This document shows, in pieces, positions 37,901-48,514 of a stretch of 64,000 nucleotides of DNA. Position 1 is the first letter of the stretch. Every line of letters starts with the position of its first letter. Source of the DNA: Gammaproteobacteria bacterium (GTDB lineage Bacteria > Pseudomonadota > Gammaproteobacteria > DSM-16500); assembly GCA_031291255.1 (NCBI GenBank), contig JARLJN010000071.1, positions 7,625-71,624 of the forward strand, given 5' to 3'. The translations under genes were made by a program, and so were the position numbers. Below the pieces are notes generated by a model. The model worked only from the letters and a program-made list of their open reading frames with translations, was not told the DNA's origin and did not search any database.

Positions 37901-40900
37901 ATCTTTATTATTTGCAATGCCATTGTTGGCGCTTTGGTTTGCATCACCTTTAATTGCGCGTTGGTTAAGTCTTCCTTTTCAACGAAAGGAAGCAAAACTC
38001 AACATAGCACAAATACGTTTTTTGCACAGAATTGCACGCAAAACATGGAGTTTTTTTGAAACGTTCGTCAATGAAGAGAATCATTGGTTGCCACCTGATA
38101 ATTATCAAGAAGCTCCAGTTGAAGTATTAGCTAGACGCACATCGCCTACGAATATGGGATTATCATTATTAGCAAACTTAACAGCTTATGATTTTGGTTA
38201 TATCAACATAAGTCAGTTGCTTATGCGTACATCAAATGCATTAGAAACTATGACTAAGCTTGAACGCTATCGCGGTCATTTGTATAACTGGTACAGCACT
38301 GAAACATTAGCGCCTTTGTTGCCGCGTTATGTTTCAACGGTAGATAGTGGAAATTTAGCAGGCCACCTTTTGACGCTGAGACAAGGTTTGTTGGCACTGC
38401 CTGATGATCCGTTGTTGAATGTGCGCTATCTGGATGGATTGGAAGATACTTGGGATATTCTGGCATCGACAGCCGTTAAATCTTTACCTCTGATGCTAGC
38501 ACTTAGCCATTTTCAGAACTTATTGAGTCGCGCTCAAAACTCATTTACCGGTTGGTCTGAAGCTGTTATCTGTTGTGACAAATTATGTGATGCTGCAGAA
38601 GAGATGACAAGGTTATCAGCACAGTCTGATGTGATATTAATTGAAATATCTACATGGTCAAACGCACTTTTATCGCAGTGTCATGCACTCCGAACTGAAA
38701 TAAGCTTGTATGCGGAACTGCCGGGATTAGCAGGAAATGCGACATTGCGTGATATTGCGTTATTAGACTCAGTTGATGCAGGAGTCCAGAAGGCTAGAGC
38801 AGATATAGCCTTAATAAACAAGCTGGCAAATCAAGCATTTAATTTGGCACAGATAGATGTCAGTTTTCTTTATGATGAAGCATGCCATTTAATGACGATT
38901 GGTTTTAATGTCGATGAGCAACGTCGTGATAACAGCAGCTATGATTTGCTTTCATCTGAAGCTCGATTAGGAAGTTTTGTTGCGATTGCGCAGGGACAGG
39001 TTCAACAAGACAGTTGGTTTGCATTAGGTCGACTGCTAGTACTAAGTGGTGGAGAGCCTATTCTCATCTCTTGGAGTGGCTCTATGTTTGAATATTTGAT
39101 GCCACTACTTGTCATGCCAACCTATATAGGTACGTTGCTTGATCAAACGTATCGTGCGGCCGTTAATCGACAGATTGCTTATGGTAAGCAACGTGGCGTG
39201 CCATGGGGTATATCAGAATCGGGTTATAATGCTGTCGATACACAATTTAATTATTTGTATCGAGCATTTGGTGTGCCTGGATTAGGCTTAAAGCGTGGTT
39301 TGGAAGAAGATTTAGTGATTGCGCCCTATGCGACAGCAATGGCATTGATGGTCGCACCTGAAGCGGCGTGTCAAAACTTACAACGCTTGGCTAAAGAGCA
39401 CGCATTGGGCAAGTTTGGTTTTTATGAAGCCCTTGATTTTACATTGGCTCGTTTACCACGTGATAAGGAAAGAGTGCTGGTGCGTTCCTTTATGACGCAT
39501 CATCAAGGTATGAGTCTGTTAGCATTTTCCTATTTGCTACACGATCAACCCATGCAGCGGCGTTTTTTGGCAGATCCGTTATTTCAAGCGACATTGCTAT
39601 TGTTGCAGGAACGTATTCCCAGACCAACTGCCTCCTATTTGCAAATTCCAAAATCACACGATGACAGTGCTGCTGTCAGACGTCCCGAAGCATCAATGCG
39701 AATATTTCATACTCCGAACACACGTACGCCGCAAGTCCAGCTGCTTTCGAATGGACGTTATCATTCTGTGCTTACGCAAGCAGGCAGCGGTTACAGTCGC
39801 TGGAAAGATATTGCAGTGACAAGATGGCGTGAAGATAGCACTTGTGATGATACGGGATTGTTTAGTTACGTTCGTGATCTTGCGACAGGGGAATTCTGGT
39901 CGACTACCTATCAGCCTACATCAGGTGTTATAGAAAACTTTAGATCAGTATTTTCAGAAGCACATACAGAATTTAGTCGTAGTGATAAAAGACTAGATTT
40001 GCACACTGAAGTTGTTGTATCACCAGAAGATGATATTGAATTACGCCGATTACGAATGCATAACCGTTCTAAAATTCGCCGTACTATTGAATTTACAAGC
40101 TACGGCGAAATTGTTTTGGCGTCACAAGGTGCAGACCTTGCGCAACCTGCTTTTAGCAATTTATTTGTTGAAACTGAACTCATACCCGAAAAGCAGGCTA
40201 TTTTAGCCACGCGTCGGCCACTTGACGAGCAGGAGAGCCCACCATGGTTGTGCCATTTACTCAATGTATACAGTGAGCATCCCTTTACATTATCTTTTGA
40301 AACAGATCGTACACTTTTTGTTGGTCGTGGTCGTAGTTTGGCTTCTCCACTTGCAATGACTGTGCAAGGTGATCTTTCTAATACGAGTGGGGCAGTGCTG
40401 GATCCTATTATTTCTATTCGTTGCAGAGTGACGCTAGAACCTGATGCATTAGTCACATTCGATCTTCTCACCGGCATAACTGATACGCGTGCTAATACTA
40501 TTGCCTTAATTGAAAAGTACCAGGACCGTCGTTTAGCAAACCGGATTTTCGGATTATCGTGGACGCATGGACAAGTATTGTTGCATCAACTTAATGTTTC
40601 TGAAGAGAATGCGCAGCTCTATGGAAGACTGGCAAGCGCTATCATTTATATGAGTAGCTCGCGTCGTGCGGAATCACGCATTTTAGCAAGTAATAACCGT
40701 GGACAATCCGGTTTGTGGGGGTATTCCATTTCTGGAGACTTGCCTATTGTGTTACTGCATATTGAAGATGAGGGTAACATTGAATTAGTTCAACAATTAA
40801 TTCAAGCGCAAGCGTATTGGCGGCATAAAGGTTTGCTGGTAGATGTGATCATTCTGAATGAAGAGCAAGGTGGTTACCGACAAACATTACAAGATCAAAT

Positions 40901-43565
40901 TATGAGTTTAATAACACCGATGACTTGTGTAGGTCATGGTGGTTGTGTCGTGGTACGTGTTGCTGAGCTAGTGCCATTGGAAGATCGTATTCTGTTCCAA
41001 TCCGTAGCAAGGGTTGTTCTTTCAGATAAGCGTGGCACGTTGAAAGAACAGCTGAGTCGTCGTCGTGTAAGTCCGCCGCCTATGCCAACATTAGATGTGA
41101 AAAAAATGTTTCGTAGCGCTGTGGCTCATAAACTTGGAGCGCTCCCTCAGGGTTTGCAATTCTTTAATGGCTTAGGCGGATTCACAAGTGCGGGTGATGA
41201 ATATATTATTCGATTAGCAGAAGGAACAGCCACGCCTGCACCTTGGGCTAATGTGCTTGCTAATCCAAACTTTGGCACGTTAGTGTCTGAAAGTGGCCAA
41301 GCTTATACTTGGTCCGAGAACGCCCATGAGTTTCGTTTGACGCCTTGGAATAATGATCCTGTAGAAGACTCAGCTGGCGAAGCATTTTATTTACGTGATG
41401 ATGAAACAGGATGGGTTTGGTCACCTACTGCTTTGCCTTGTCGTGGTCATGGCGATTATCAAGCTCGACACGGTTTTGGTTATAGCGTATTCGAACATAT
41501 TGAAGATGGCATTCACTCAGAATTATGGATGTATGTGGACTTGGAAGCATCTGTTAAGTATGTGATGTTAAAGATACGAAATGATTCTACGCGTCAACGT
41601 CGCATATCTGCTACGGGTTATGTTGCTTGGGTGTTAGGTGATTTGCGTGTTAAAAATGCTATGCATATAGTGACGGAACATTCAGAAAGCGGCGCGCTAT
41701 TGGCGCAGAATCATTACAATACGGAATTTGATGAACGCACAGCATTTTTTGATGCTGCAACAACACATCTACAATTAACCGCACGCACTGTGACTGGAGA
41801 TCGTGCAGAATTTATTGGACGCAATAAAACCTTAAGTTTACCAGCAGCACTAGCACGTAAGTGTTTGTCAGGACGTGTTGGTGCAGGGTTTGATCCTTGT
41901 GGTGCAATACAGTTAGCATTTAATTTAGCAGAAGGGCAGTCACGTGAGATTGTCTTTACCTTAGGTGCGGGACGCAATCGAGAAGAGGCTGATACATTAA
42001 TACAGCGTTATTGTGGTGTCACTGCAGCAAAAGAGGCTTTAGCCTCGGTAAGACAATATTGGCAGCGTACAGTCAGTGTGACACGCGTAGAGACACCTGA
42101 TCCTGCAGTTAATCTGTTAGCGAATGGTTGGTTATTATATCAAGTGTTATCGAGCAGATTATGGGGTCGCAGCGGTTACTATCAATCGTCAGGTGCATTT
42201 GGTTTTCGCGATCAATTACAAGATGTAATGTCACTGGCACATGTTGCACCTAAGTTATTACGTGCACATTTATTATTGTGTGCTGCGCATCAGTTTGAAG
42301 AAGGTGATGTTCAACATTGGTGGCATCCACCACAAAATCGAGGAGTGCGTACCCGATGTTCTGATGATTATTTATGGTTACCATTTGCAATTTCTCACTA
42401 TATTGAAACGACGGGTGATATGGCTGTGCTCAATGAAGAAATTTCATTCATGAAAGGACGAGCATTAAATGCAGATGAAGAATCCTATTATGATTTGCCA
42501 ACTGTGAGCAGCGAAAAAGTAAGCCTCTATGAACATGCTCTACGTGCGATAAATAATGGTTTGAAATTTGGCGTTCATGGTTTACCACTCATAGGCTCTG
42601 GTGATTGGAATGATGGCATGAACTTAGTTGGCAAAGAGGGTAAAGGCGAAAGTGTTTGGTTAGGATTTTTTCTGTATAGCGTTCTTAAACGTTTTGCACC
42701 ATTAGCCGTTCGATATGGTGACACTGAATTTGCGTCACACTGTGATGCAGAAGCTAATAAGCTGCAACAACAGATAGAGTTAAATGCCTGGGATGGCGAA
42801 TGGTATCGCCGTGCTTACTTTGATGATGGAACGCCACTTGGATCGGCCAGCAATAGCGAATGTCGAATTGATTCTATCGCTCAAAGCTGGTCTGTATTGT
42901 CAGGTGCTGCGGATCCTGCGCGTGCTAAAAGAGCAATGGATGCGCTTCATTATTATTTAGTTAGCGAATCAGATGGATTAGTAAAGTTGTTAGATCCACC
43001 GTTTAATATATCAATACCGAATCCTGGTTATATTGAAGGATATGTTCCTGGCATTCGTGAAAATGGTGGTCAATATACGCATGCTGCAATTTGGGCAGGC
43101 ATGGCGTTCGCTCAATTAGGTGAAAAGCAGCGAGCTTGGGAACTTGTTGATATCATTAATCCCATTAATCATGGCCGCAATCCATTAGAAATAGAGCGCT
43201 ATAAAATCGAGCCTTATGTTATTGCAGGTGATGTTTATAGTGTGGCGCCACATATAGGTCGTGGTGGTTGGAGTTGGTATACGGGATCAGCAGGTTGGTT
43301 TTATCGTTTACTGACTGAAACATTGTTAGGGTTGCAGTTACAAGAGGGTAATCAGCTATATCTGACACCACAGCTTCCCGATGATTGGGTAGGATTTAAT
43401 CTGGATTATACTTACGGGAACACTGTTTATAAAATCAGTGTTAAGCATGTTCAGGATAAAAGTGTCTTTATGCTTGATGATGTTGAGCTAACAGAAAATG
43501 TTATTTCGTTGTTAGATGATGGAAAGGTTCATCAGATTTATTTGGGAATAATTGAAAATAAATAA
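34971..43565 (+). CDS. cgs: cyclic beta-1,2-glucan synthase (GT84 - cyclisation domain - GH94 phosphorylase-like)
   Basis: 2864 aa. The N-terminal region (EWLLDNFYLIQEQI...YPRVYDIA) is typical of NdvB/ChvB/Cgs. Glycosyltransferase motifs VITLDSDTQLP and SRWIRGDWQ sit between TM clusters. The C-terminal GH94 block is GSGDWNDGMN...ENGGQYTHAA. Confidence 0.93.
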   Translation: MDSKTLISSIQEWLHLKSKASAEGLIEPPIPSELFNADQMERHGVTLALSHTLTKKPTADILLSRLSDSEIILINSCDILSQKKTDSFSPATEWLLDNFYLIQEQIQAIRHHLPKGYGRALPQLAGGLAGYPRVYDIAVQVIEHRDGRLDLESLSRFIAAYQSVTSLTLGELWAIPITLGVALIENLSTASKRIVTDRNDRNLADHWADLMVDVASSDPKKLVEIIADMARSDPQMSSAFVAEFSRRLQGAALALPLSWIEQHLAEEGLTIEQLVQEETKYQAANRVTVSNSIASLRRLSEINWRDFVEALSLVNQTLLTDPANIYSKMDFGTRDRYRHVVERLSRVSLRSEEEVAACAIQLAKAKLDSLSPDQSENADILRYCHVGFYLIDSGLPQLGKALGIKGSLWQKICYFVRQRALLFYLGSIILLTSVLTYALLLQASQSAINDVWLLVLGTVIVVYGSQLSFALVNLGATLLVAPRPLPRMDFTMGIPSEWRTLVVVPAMLGSAAEIESLIEALEVRFLGNRDDNLHFMLLTDFNDAPAEHMPEDDALLTLANEQITALNKCYPRESSEVFFLCHRPRQWNANENVWMGKERKRGKLLDLNNLLRGNNQTSFSLIVGNTDILANVKYVITLDSDTQLPRESAKQFVGTMTHPLNRPRFDDSKQRVVEGYGILQPRVAEALPSSGLTRYVRLCGNEFGVDPYTRTVSDVYQDLFHEGSFIGKGIYDVDLFQQVLGQRFPDNRILSHDLLEGCYLRSGFLSDVPLYEKSPSSYLADATRRSRWIRGDWQLAGWLLPSVLNAKGSRVVNPLSFLSKLKIADNLRRSLVPIALMLLLGLNWTVLPATFFWLGTVLAMVALPSIVKSLIELVRKPRDMLPSQHVANIIHAAWLCAGQLILYMACLPYEAWYSLTAILRTCWRMIVSKRHLLEWTPSDQVSERLQNTSAAWIRNMWVGPLAAVITAAVLMMHDRFESLLFAMPLLALWFASPLIARWLSLPFQRKEAKLNIAQIRFLHRIARKTWSFFETFVNEENHWLPPDNYQEAPVEVLARRTSPTNMGLSLLANLTAYDFGYINISQLLMRTSNALETMTKLERYRGHLYNWYSTETLAPLLPRYVSTVDSGNLAGHLLTLRQGLLALPDDPLLNVRYLDGLEDTWDILASTAVKSLPLMLALSHFQNLLSRAQNSFTGWSEAVICCDKLCDAAEEMTRLSAQSDVILIEISTWSNALLSQCHALRTEISLYAELPGLAGNATLRDIALLDSVDAGVQKARADIALINKLANQAFNLAQIDVSFLYDEACHLMTIGFNVDEQRRDNSSYDLLSSEARLGSFVAIAQGQVQQDSWFALGRLLVLSGGEPILISWSGSMFEYLMPLLVMPTYIGTLLDQTYRAAVNRQIAYGKQRGVPWGISESGYNAVDTQFNYLYRAFGVPGLGLKRGLEEDLVIAPYATAMALMVAPEAACQNLQRLAKEHALGKFGFYEALDFTLARLPRDKERVLVRSFMTHHQGMSLLAFSYLLHDQPMQRRFLADPLFQATLLLLQERIPRPTASYLQIPKSHDDSAAVRRPEASMRIFHTPNTRTPQVQLLSNGRYHSVLTQAGSGYSRWKDIAVTRWREDSTCDDTGLFSYVRDLATGEFWSTTYQPTSGVIENFRSVFSEAHTEFSRSDKRLDLHTEVVVSPEDDIELRRLRMHNRSKIRRTIEFTSYGEIVLASQGADLAQPAFSNLFVETELIPEKQAILATRRPLDEQESPPWLCHLLNVYSEHPFTLSFETDRTLFVGRGRSLASPLAMTVQGDLSNTSGAVLDPIISIRCRVTLEPDALVTFDLLTGITDTRANTIALIEKYQDRRLANRIFGLSWTHGQVLLHQLNVSEENAQLYGRLASAIIYMSSSRRAESRILASNNRGQSGLWGYSISGDLPIVLLHIEDEGNIELVQQLIQAQAYWRHKGLLVDVIILNEEQGGYRQTLQDQIMSLITPMTCVGHGGCVVVRVAELVPLEDRILFQSVARVVLSDKRGTLKEQLSRRRVSPPPMPTLDVKKMFRSAVAHKLGALPQGLQFFNGLGGFTSAGDEYIIRLAEGTATPAPWANVLANPNFGTLVSESGQAYTWSENAHEFRLTPWNNDPVEDSAGEAFYLRDDETGWVWSPTALPCRGHGDYQARHGFGYSVFEHIEDGIHSELWMYVDLEASVKYVMLKIRNDSTRQRRISATGYVAWVLGDLRVKNAMHIVTEHSESGALLAQNHYNTEFDERTAFFDAATTHLQLTARTVTGDRAEFIGRNKTLSLPAALARKCLSGRVGAGFDPCGAIQLAFNLAEGQSREIVFTLGAGRNREEADTLIQRYCGVTAAKEALASVRQYWQRTVSVTRVETPDPAVNLLANGWLLYQVLSSRLWGRSGYYQSSGAFGFRDQLQDVMSLAHVAPKLLRAHLLLCAAHQFEEGDVQHWWHPPQNRGVRTRCSDDYLWLPFAISHYIETTGDMAVLNEEISFMKGRALNADEESYYDLPTVSSEKVSLYEHALRAINNGLKFGVHGLPLIGSGDWNDGMNLVGKEGKGESVWLGFFLYSVLKRFAPLAVRYGDTEFASHCDAEANKLQQQIELNAWDGEWYRRAYFDDGTPLGSASNSECRIDSIAQSWSVLSGAADPARAKRAMDALHYYLVSESDGLVKLLDPPFNISIPNPGYIEGYVPGIRENGGQYTHAAIWAGMAFAQLGEKQRAWELVDIINPINHGRNPLEIERYKIEPYVIAGDVYSVAPHIGRGGWSWYTGSAGWFYRLLTETLLGLQLQEGNQLYLTPQLPDDWVGFNLDYTYGNTVYKISVKHVQDKSVFMLDDVELTENVISLLDDGKVHQIYLGIIENK

Positions 43566-43602
43566 TGTTTACGTTATCCGGTTTCAACATACAAGGATGA
43601 TT

Positions 43603-44433
43603 ATGAAAAATAAGGATATGGTTATACGCATAGGATTTTTTTGCATTATTTTATTGGTTATTTACGGCATTTTTACACTATGGAATCACAAAAAAATACA
43701 ACTCACGTTGTATGGCAATGTTGATATACGAGATGTAGATTTAGCCTTTCGTGTGAGTGGTCGCTTGATAGAATTAAAAGTCGATGAAGGAGATGATGTC
43801 AGTAAAGGAGAATTAATTGCACGCTTAGATCCTGATCCTTATGAGCGTGAAGTAAAAGCAGGAGAGGCCACAGTAAAGCAACAAAAAGCGGCGCTAGATT
43901 ACGCGCAAACAGTTTATCAACGTGAAAAAGAATTACGTGGGACAGGAGCTTCTTCTGCTGATCATTATCAAGGTGCTCTGTCTGGTTTAAATCAAGCAAA
44001 AGCTAACTTAGATATGACTATCGCGCAGCTTTCACAATCTAACCTACGATTACAAGATACCTATTTATATTCACCTTCAGACGGTTATGTCTTAACACGC
44101 GCAGTTGAACCCGGCACTATGCTGCCTGCGAATGCAACGGTGATTACTGTGTCGCTAGTTAATCCTGTTTGGGTAAGAGCTTACGTGGAAGAAACTGAGT
44201 TGAGCAAAGCAAAACCCGGAACAACCGTTCAAGTTTATGCGGATTCTCTGCCCAATAAATCTTACCAAGGCAAAATTGGCTTTGTGTCTTCAACAGCAGA
44301 ATTTACGCCTAAAACAGTAGAAACAACCAATCTACGGACTGAACTTGTATATAGATTACGAATTGTTGTGCAAGATCCTCATCATGACCTACGCCAAGGA
44401 ATGCCTGTGACAGTCAAAATAGTGAGTGATTAA
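43603..44433 (+). CDS. HlyD-family membrane-fusion protein (YhiI/YbhG-like)
   Basis: AAGGA RBS before the ATG at 43603. N-terminal TM. Lipoyl halves (VDLAFRVSGRLIELKVDEGDDVSKGELIARLD, SPSDGYVLTR) flank a coiled-coil hairpin. Confidence 0.85.
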   Translation: MKNKDMVIRIGFFCIILLVIYGIFTLWNHKKIQLTLYGNVDIRDVDLAFRVSGRLIELKVDEGDDVSKGELIARLDPDPYEREVKAGEATVKQQKAALDYAQTVYQREKELRGTGASSADHYQGALSGLNQAKANLDMTIAQLSQSNLRLQDTYLYSPSDGYVLTRAVEPGTMLPANATVITVSLVNPVWVRAYVEETELSKAKPGTTVQVYADSLPNKSYQGKIGFVSSTAEFTPKTVETTNLRTELVYRLRIVVQDPHHDLRQGMPVTVKIVSD

Positions 44434-47378
44434 TGTCATCAACTACGGTAACTGAATACGCCATTTTACTGGAAGATGTTGTTAAGACATTTCCTGCTGC
44501 TGACATGACAGGACCCGCACTGTCTAAACTCAGTGTTCGCATAAAAAAAGGATGCATCACAGGATTAGTTGGCCCCGATGGAGCAGGCAAAACAACATTG
44601 ATGCGAATCATTGCTGGATTGCTCACAGCGACTGAAGGGCATGTTACTCTGATGAACAATACTGATGAACTAGATCCCGCTGTCAATCTTGATGCTGTGC
44701 GCGCAATTTTAGGTTATATGCCACAGAAATTTGGTCTCTATGAAGATCTGACTGTGATTGAAAATCTAATTCTCTATGCTGATTTACGTGGTGTTTTAAA
44801 TCCAGAGCGTGAAATCGTATTTCAACAATTATTGGATTTTACAGATCTGAATCATTTCACAGCCAGGCCTGCAGGAAAACTTTCTGGCGGTATGAAACAA
44901 AAGTTAGGATTAGCTTGTGCCTTGTTAGGAAATCCCCAAATTCTTTTATTAGATGAACCTAGTGTGGGTGTAGATCCTATTGCAAGACGTGAATTATGGA
45001 AAATGGTAAAAGCACTGCTTGCAAAAGGAATGACTGTTATCTGGAGTACCTCTTATTTAGATGAAGCTGAACTTTGCGATGATGTCTTGTTGATGAATGA
45101 AGGAAAAATTATTTACTCAGGAGAGCCTCGCACTCTCACGGAAAAAGTAACAGGCCGTAGTATTCAGATACGCAATATTCAAGGGAATCATAGATTGGTT
45201 TTGCAACGTGCTTTGCGTACGCAAGAAGTCATGGATGGTGTCATTCAAGGTCGCAATGTACGTCTATTATTGAAAAAGCATAATCAATTTCCTAATCTTG
45301 AATTACTGAATGCGGGTAGCGATGCAGAAATAGTGGAAGTTCCACCGCGATTTGAAGATGCTTTTATCGATATATTAGGTGGCGGACCTGGCGGTGATTC
45401 CACCCTCGCAAACGTGATGAAACCTGTAGAAAAGAATACGTTAGCTTATATCATAGAAGCGGAGTCACTGACCAAAAAATTTAATTCATTTACTGCAACA
45501 GATCATATTAGTTTTAATGTTAAGCGTGGAGAAGTGTTTGGATTATTGGGACCCAATGGCGCAGGTAAGTCTACGACCTTTAAAATGATATGCGGTTTGT
45601 TGACACCCACTTCTGGTTCCGCTCATGTCTTAGGCATAGACATGCATAAATGCCCCGCCAAAGCCCATCAACAAGTAGGGTACATGGCACAAAAATTTTC
45701 GCTTTATACTGATCTCACTGTTTTGCAAAATCTAAAATTTTACTCGGGAATTTATGGTCTAACAGGAGAAGCACAAGCGACTAAAATTGCTGAGATGATT
45801 GAAGCATTTGATCTAACATCATTACTCAATTCCAATACAAGTGAGTTATCGTTAGGGTACAAACAACGATTATCACTTGCTTGTGCAATCATGCATGAAC
45901 CTCCGGTTTTATTTTTAGATGAACCTACTTCAGGTGTAGACCCCATTACCAGAAGAGAGTTTTGGACGCATATCAATGGGTTAGTCGAAAAAGGAGTGAC
46001 TGTGATGGTCACTACTCATTTTATGGATGAAGCAGAATATTGTGATCATGTCGCTTTAGTGTATCAAGGAAAAATAATTGCGGTTGGAACGCCTGATCAA
46101 TTAAAAAAACTCGCGACGGATGAAAAGCATACTGAACCTAGCATGGAAGATGCATTTATTGAGATTATTAAACAACATGACAAAGTTTCAAACGAGCAGA
46201 CTATTTCTCAGAAACCTACGCTCAAAACATCAAAACCAGATTATTTTTTTTCAAAATATAATTCTTTGCGACGTTGGTTTGCATTATCACGCAAAGAATT
46301 TTATCAAATTATACGTGATCCCAGTAGTGTATTGATCGCTTTCATTTTACCCATGTTAATGTTATTTATTTATGGATTCGGAATTAATTTAGATTCCACA
46401 AAAATTCGTATGGGTATTGTATTAGAAGATACAAGTTCTGAAGCGAGACATCTTGCCTTTAGTTTTTCTGCTTCGCCTTATTTAATTATGCTGCCGCAAC
46501 AAACACGAGAAGACGCAAAGAATCAATTGACCGCTGGAAATATAAGAGGATTTATCACTATACAACCTGACTTTTCTAAAAGACTGAAGAGCTTAAATAA
46601 AATGGCTCCCTTGCAAATTGTGACAGATGGATCTGAGCCTAATACAGCTAATTTCGTGACAAATTATGCAATAGGAGCGTGGGGAAAATGGCTGGAATTA
46701 CGTAACATAGAAACGGGACAACCCATTATTAATAGCATTAACATAGAACAACGTTTTTGGTTTAACCCAGATGCCATTAGTCGAAACTACATTGTGCCAG
46801 GCTCTATCGCCATTATTATGACAGTAATAGGAGCGCTGTTAACATCATTGGTAATCGCGCGCGAGTGGGAAAGAGGAACCATGGAAGCATTACTTACCAC
46901 ATCGGTTACACGGTTAGAATTTTTATTTTCTAAATGGGTTCCATACTATTTAGTTGGCATAATGTCTATGACTGTATGCTGGTTGGTTGCTATTACGATA
47001 TTGGGTACTCCATTTCGTGGATCCATTTTATTATTATTTATAGAAACCAGTCTTTTTTTAGGAAGCGCATTAGGTTTGGGTTTATGGCTTTCTACAGCGA
47101 CACGTAATCAATTTAACGCAGCACAAGCTGCATTGAATTTAGCATTTTTGCCTTCTTTGATGTTATCAGGCTTTGTGTATGAAATTAGTAGCATGCCTAA
47201 GATAATACAAGCAGTGACTTATCTTATACCCGCTCGTTATTTCGTATCGTCATTACAAACGCTTTTTTTAGCGGGAAATGTGGGTGAATTATTATTTAAA
47301 GACGGTTTGTTTTTATTTATTTTTGCATTAATACTTTTTGGTATTACAGCAAAATTAACTAAGCGTAGATTGGAATAA
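44433..47378 (+). CDS. fused ABC transporter: two ATPase domains plus an ABC-2 permease (RbbA/YhiH-like)
   Basis: Walker A GPDGAGKTT and GPNGAGKST. Signatures LSGGMKQK and LSLGYKQR. Walker B LLLDEP and LFLDEP. A C-terminal 6-TM ABC-2 domain is present. ATGA-type overlap with the adaptor gene. Confidence 0.9.
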   Translation: MSSTTVTEYAILLEDVVKTFPAADMTGPALSKLSVRIKKGCITGLVGPDGAGKTTLMRIIAGLLTATEGHVTLMNNTDELDPAVNLDAVRAILGYMPQKFGLYEDLTVIENLILYADLRGVLNPEREIVFQQLLDFTDLNHFTARPAGKLSGGMKQKLGLACALLGNPQILLLDEPSVGVDPIARRELWKMVKALLAKGMTVIWSTSYLDEAELCDDVLLMNEGKIIYSGEPRTLTEKVTGRSIQIRNIQGNHRLVLQRALRTQEVMDGVIQGRNVRLLLKKHNQFPNLELLNAGSDAEIVEVPPRFEDAFIDILGGGPGGDSTLANVMKPVEKNTLAYIIEAESLTKKFNSFTATDHISFNVKRGEVFGLLGPNGAGKSTTFKMICGLLTPTSGSAHVLGIDMHKCPAKAHQQVGYMAQKFSLYTDLTVLQNLKFYSGIYGLTGEAQATKIAEMIEAFDLTSLLNSNTSELSLGYKQRLSLACAIMHEPPVLFLDEPTSGVDPITRREFWTHINGLVEKGVTVMVTTHFMDEAEYCDHVALVYQGKIIAVGTPDQLKKLATDEKHTEPSMEDAFIEIIKQHDKVSNEQTISQKPTLKTSKPDYFFSKYNSLRRWFALSRKEFYQIIRDPSSVLIAFILPMLMLFIYGFGINLDSTKIRMGIVLEDTSSEARHLAFSFSASPYLIMLPQQTREDAKNQLTAGNIRGFITIQPDFSKRLKSLNKMAPLQIVTDGSEPNTANFVTNYAIGAWGKWLELRNIETGQPIINSINIEQRFWFNPDAISRNYIVPGSIAIIMTVIGALLTSLVIAREWERGTMEALLTTSVTRLEFLFSKWVPYYLVGIMSMTVCWLVAITILGTPFRGSILLLFIETSLFLGSALGLGLWLSTATRNQFNAAQAALNLAFLPSLMLSGFVYEISSMPKIIQAVTYLIPARYFVSSLQTLFLAGNVGELLFKDGLFLFIFALILFGITAKLTKRRLE

Positions 47379-47387
47379 GGTGATTAA

Positions 47388-48488
47388 ATGTTAAAACGCA
47401 TTTGGGCATTAATACGAAAAGAATTACAAGTGCAATTACATGACAAAGACAGCAGGCGCTTGCTGATTGTTCCTGTAATAATGCAATTGGCCTTATTTCC
47501 TTTTGCTGCGACGCTAGAAGTAAAAAATAGTACCTTAGCGATTTACAATCAAGATTCAGGCCAAAATTCATTTGAATTAATGCAACGGCTTTCAAAAACA
47601 AAAGCATTTCCCACGTTAAAAATTTTACATAACATACACGAAGTTCAAGAAACAATAGACAATCAAAAAGCATTATTAGTGATTAGTATCCCCAGTGACT
47701 TTTCAAGAAAAATTGGAGCAAACAAAACAGCTGCGCTGCAAACCATTATAGATGGCAGACGCTCTAATGCGGGGCAAATTGCAGCAGGTTATGTCCAAGC
47801 CATTGTTGACAACTACAAAACAGATTTGATATCCCATCAAATTTTAATGAAAACAATAGTCGTTAGGAATTGGTTTAATCCTAATTTAGATTACCAATGG
47901 TTTATATTACCTAGTTTAATAGCCATTATCACGACTATAGGCTGTCTGGCAGTCACCGCTATGTCTATTGCCCGTGAGCGAGAGCAGGGCACCTTCGAAC
48001 AGCTTCTAGTATCGCCACTGACCACAGGCTACATTATGTTAGGTAAAACAGTTCCTGCATTATTAATTGCATCAGTTCAAGCAACTATTATTTTACTTGC
48101 AGCGATATGGATATATCGCATTCCATTTCAAGGATCCGTGTTGCTGCTCTATATTACTCTTTTATGTTATGGCATTTCATTGTCTGGTATAGGATTGTTA
48201 ATCTCATCCCTTAGCTCTACACAACAACAGGCTTTCTTAGGTATATTTGCATTTATGATGCCGTCAGTCATGTTATCAGGATATGTTTCACCCATAGAAA
48301 ATATTCCTGAACCATTGCGTAGCCTCACTTGGTTTAACCCCATTCGACATTTTATTGTAATCAGCAAGGGTATTTATTTAAAAGGATTTGATTTTGCCCT
48401 CGTTTGGCATGATCTGTGGCCTTTGATCATTATTGCTTTTCTGACTATGTCATCTGCTTATGTTATTTTTAAAAAACAAGCAGGGTGA
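47388..48488 (+). CDS. ABC-2 type permease (YhhJ/YbhR-like)
   Basis: 366 aa. An N-terminal TM is followed by a large periplasmic loop and five C-terminal TMs. Motif EREQGTFEQLLVSP. Confidence 0.85.
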   Translation: MLKRIWALIRKELQVQLHDKDSRRLLIVPVIMQLALFPFAATLEVKNSTLAIYNQDSGQNSFELMQRLSKTKAFPTLKILHNIHEVQETIDNQKALLVISIPSDFSRKIGANKTAALQTIIDGRRSNAGQIAAGYVQAIVDNYKTDLISHQILMKTIVVRNWFNPNLDYQWFILPSLIAIITTIGCLAVTAMSIAREREQGTFEQLLVSPLTTGYIMLGKTVPALLIASVQATIILLAAIWIYRIPFQGSVLLLYITLLCYGISLSGIGLLISSLSSTQQQAFLGIFAFMMPSVMLSGYVSPIENIPEPLRSLTWFNPIRHFIVISKGIYLKGFDFALVWHDLWPLIIIAFLTMSSAYVIFKKQAG

Positions 48489-48514
48489 GGTACAAAAAAA
48501 TTAAAGGACTAAAA

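Noticed and set aside
43552-43602. TTG-initiated extension of the HlyD adaptor gene that overlaps the end of cgs.
   Set aside because: The ATG at 43603 is preceded by AAGGA at good spacing and directly precedes the TM segment. The extension adds non-conserved residues (MKINNVYVIRFQHTR).
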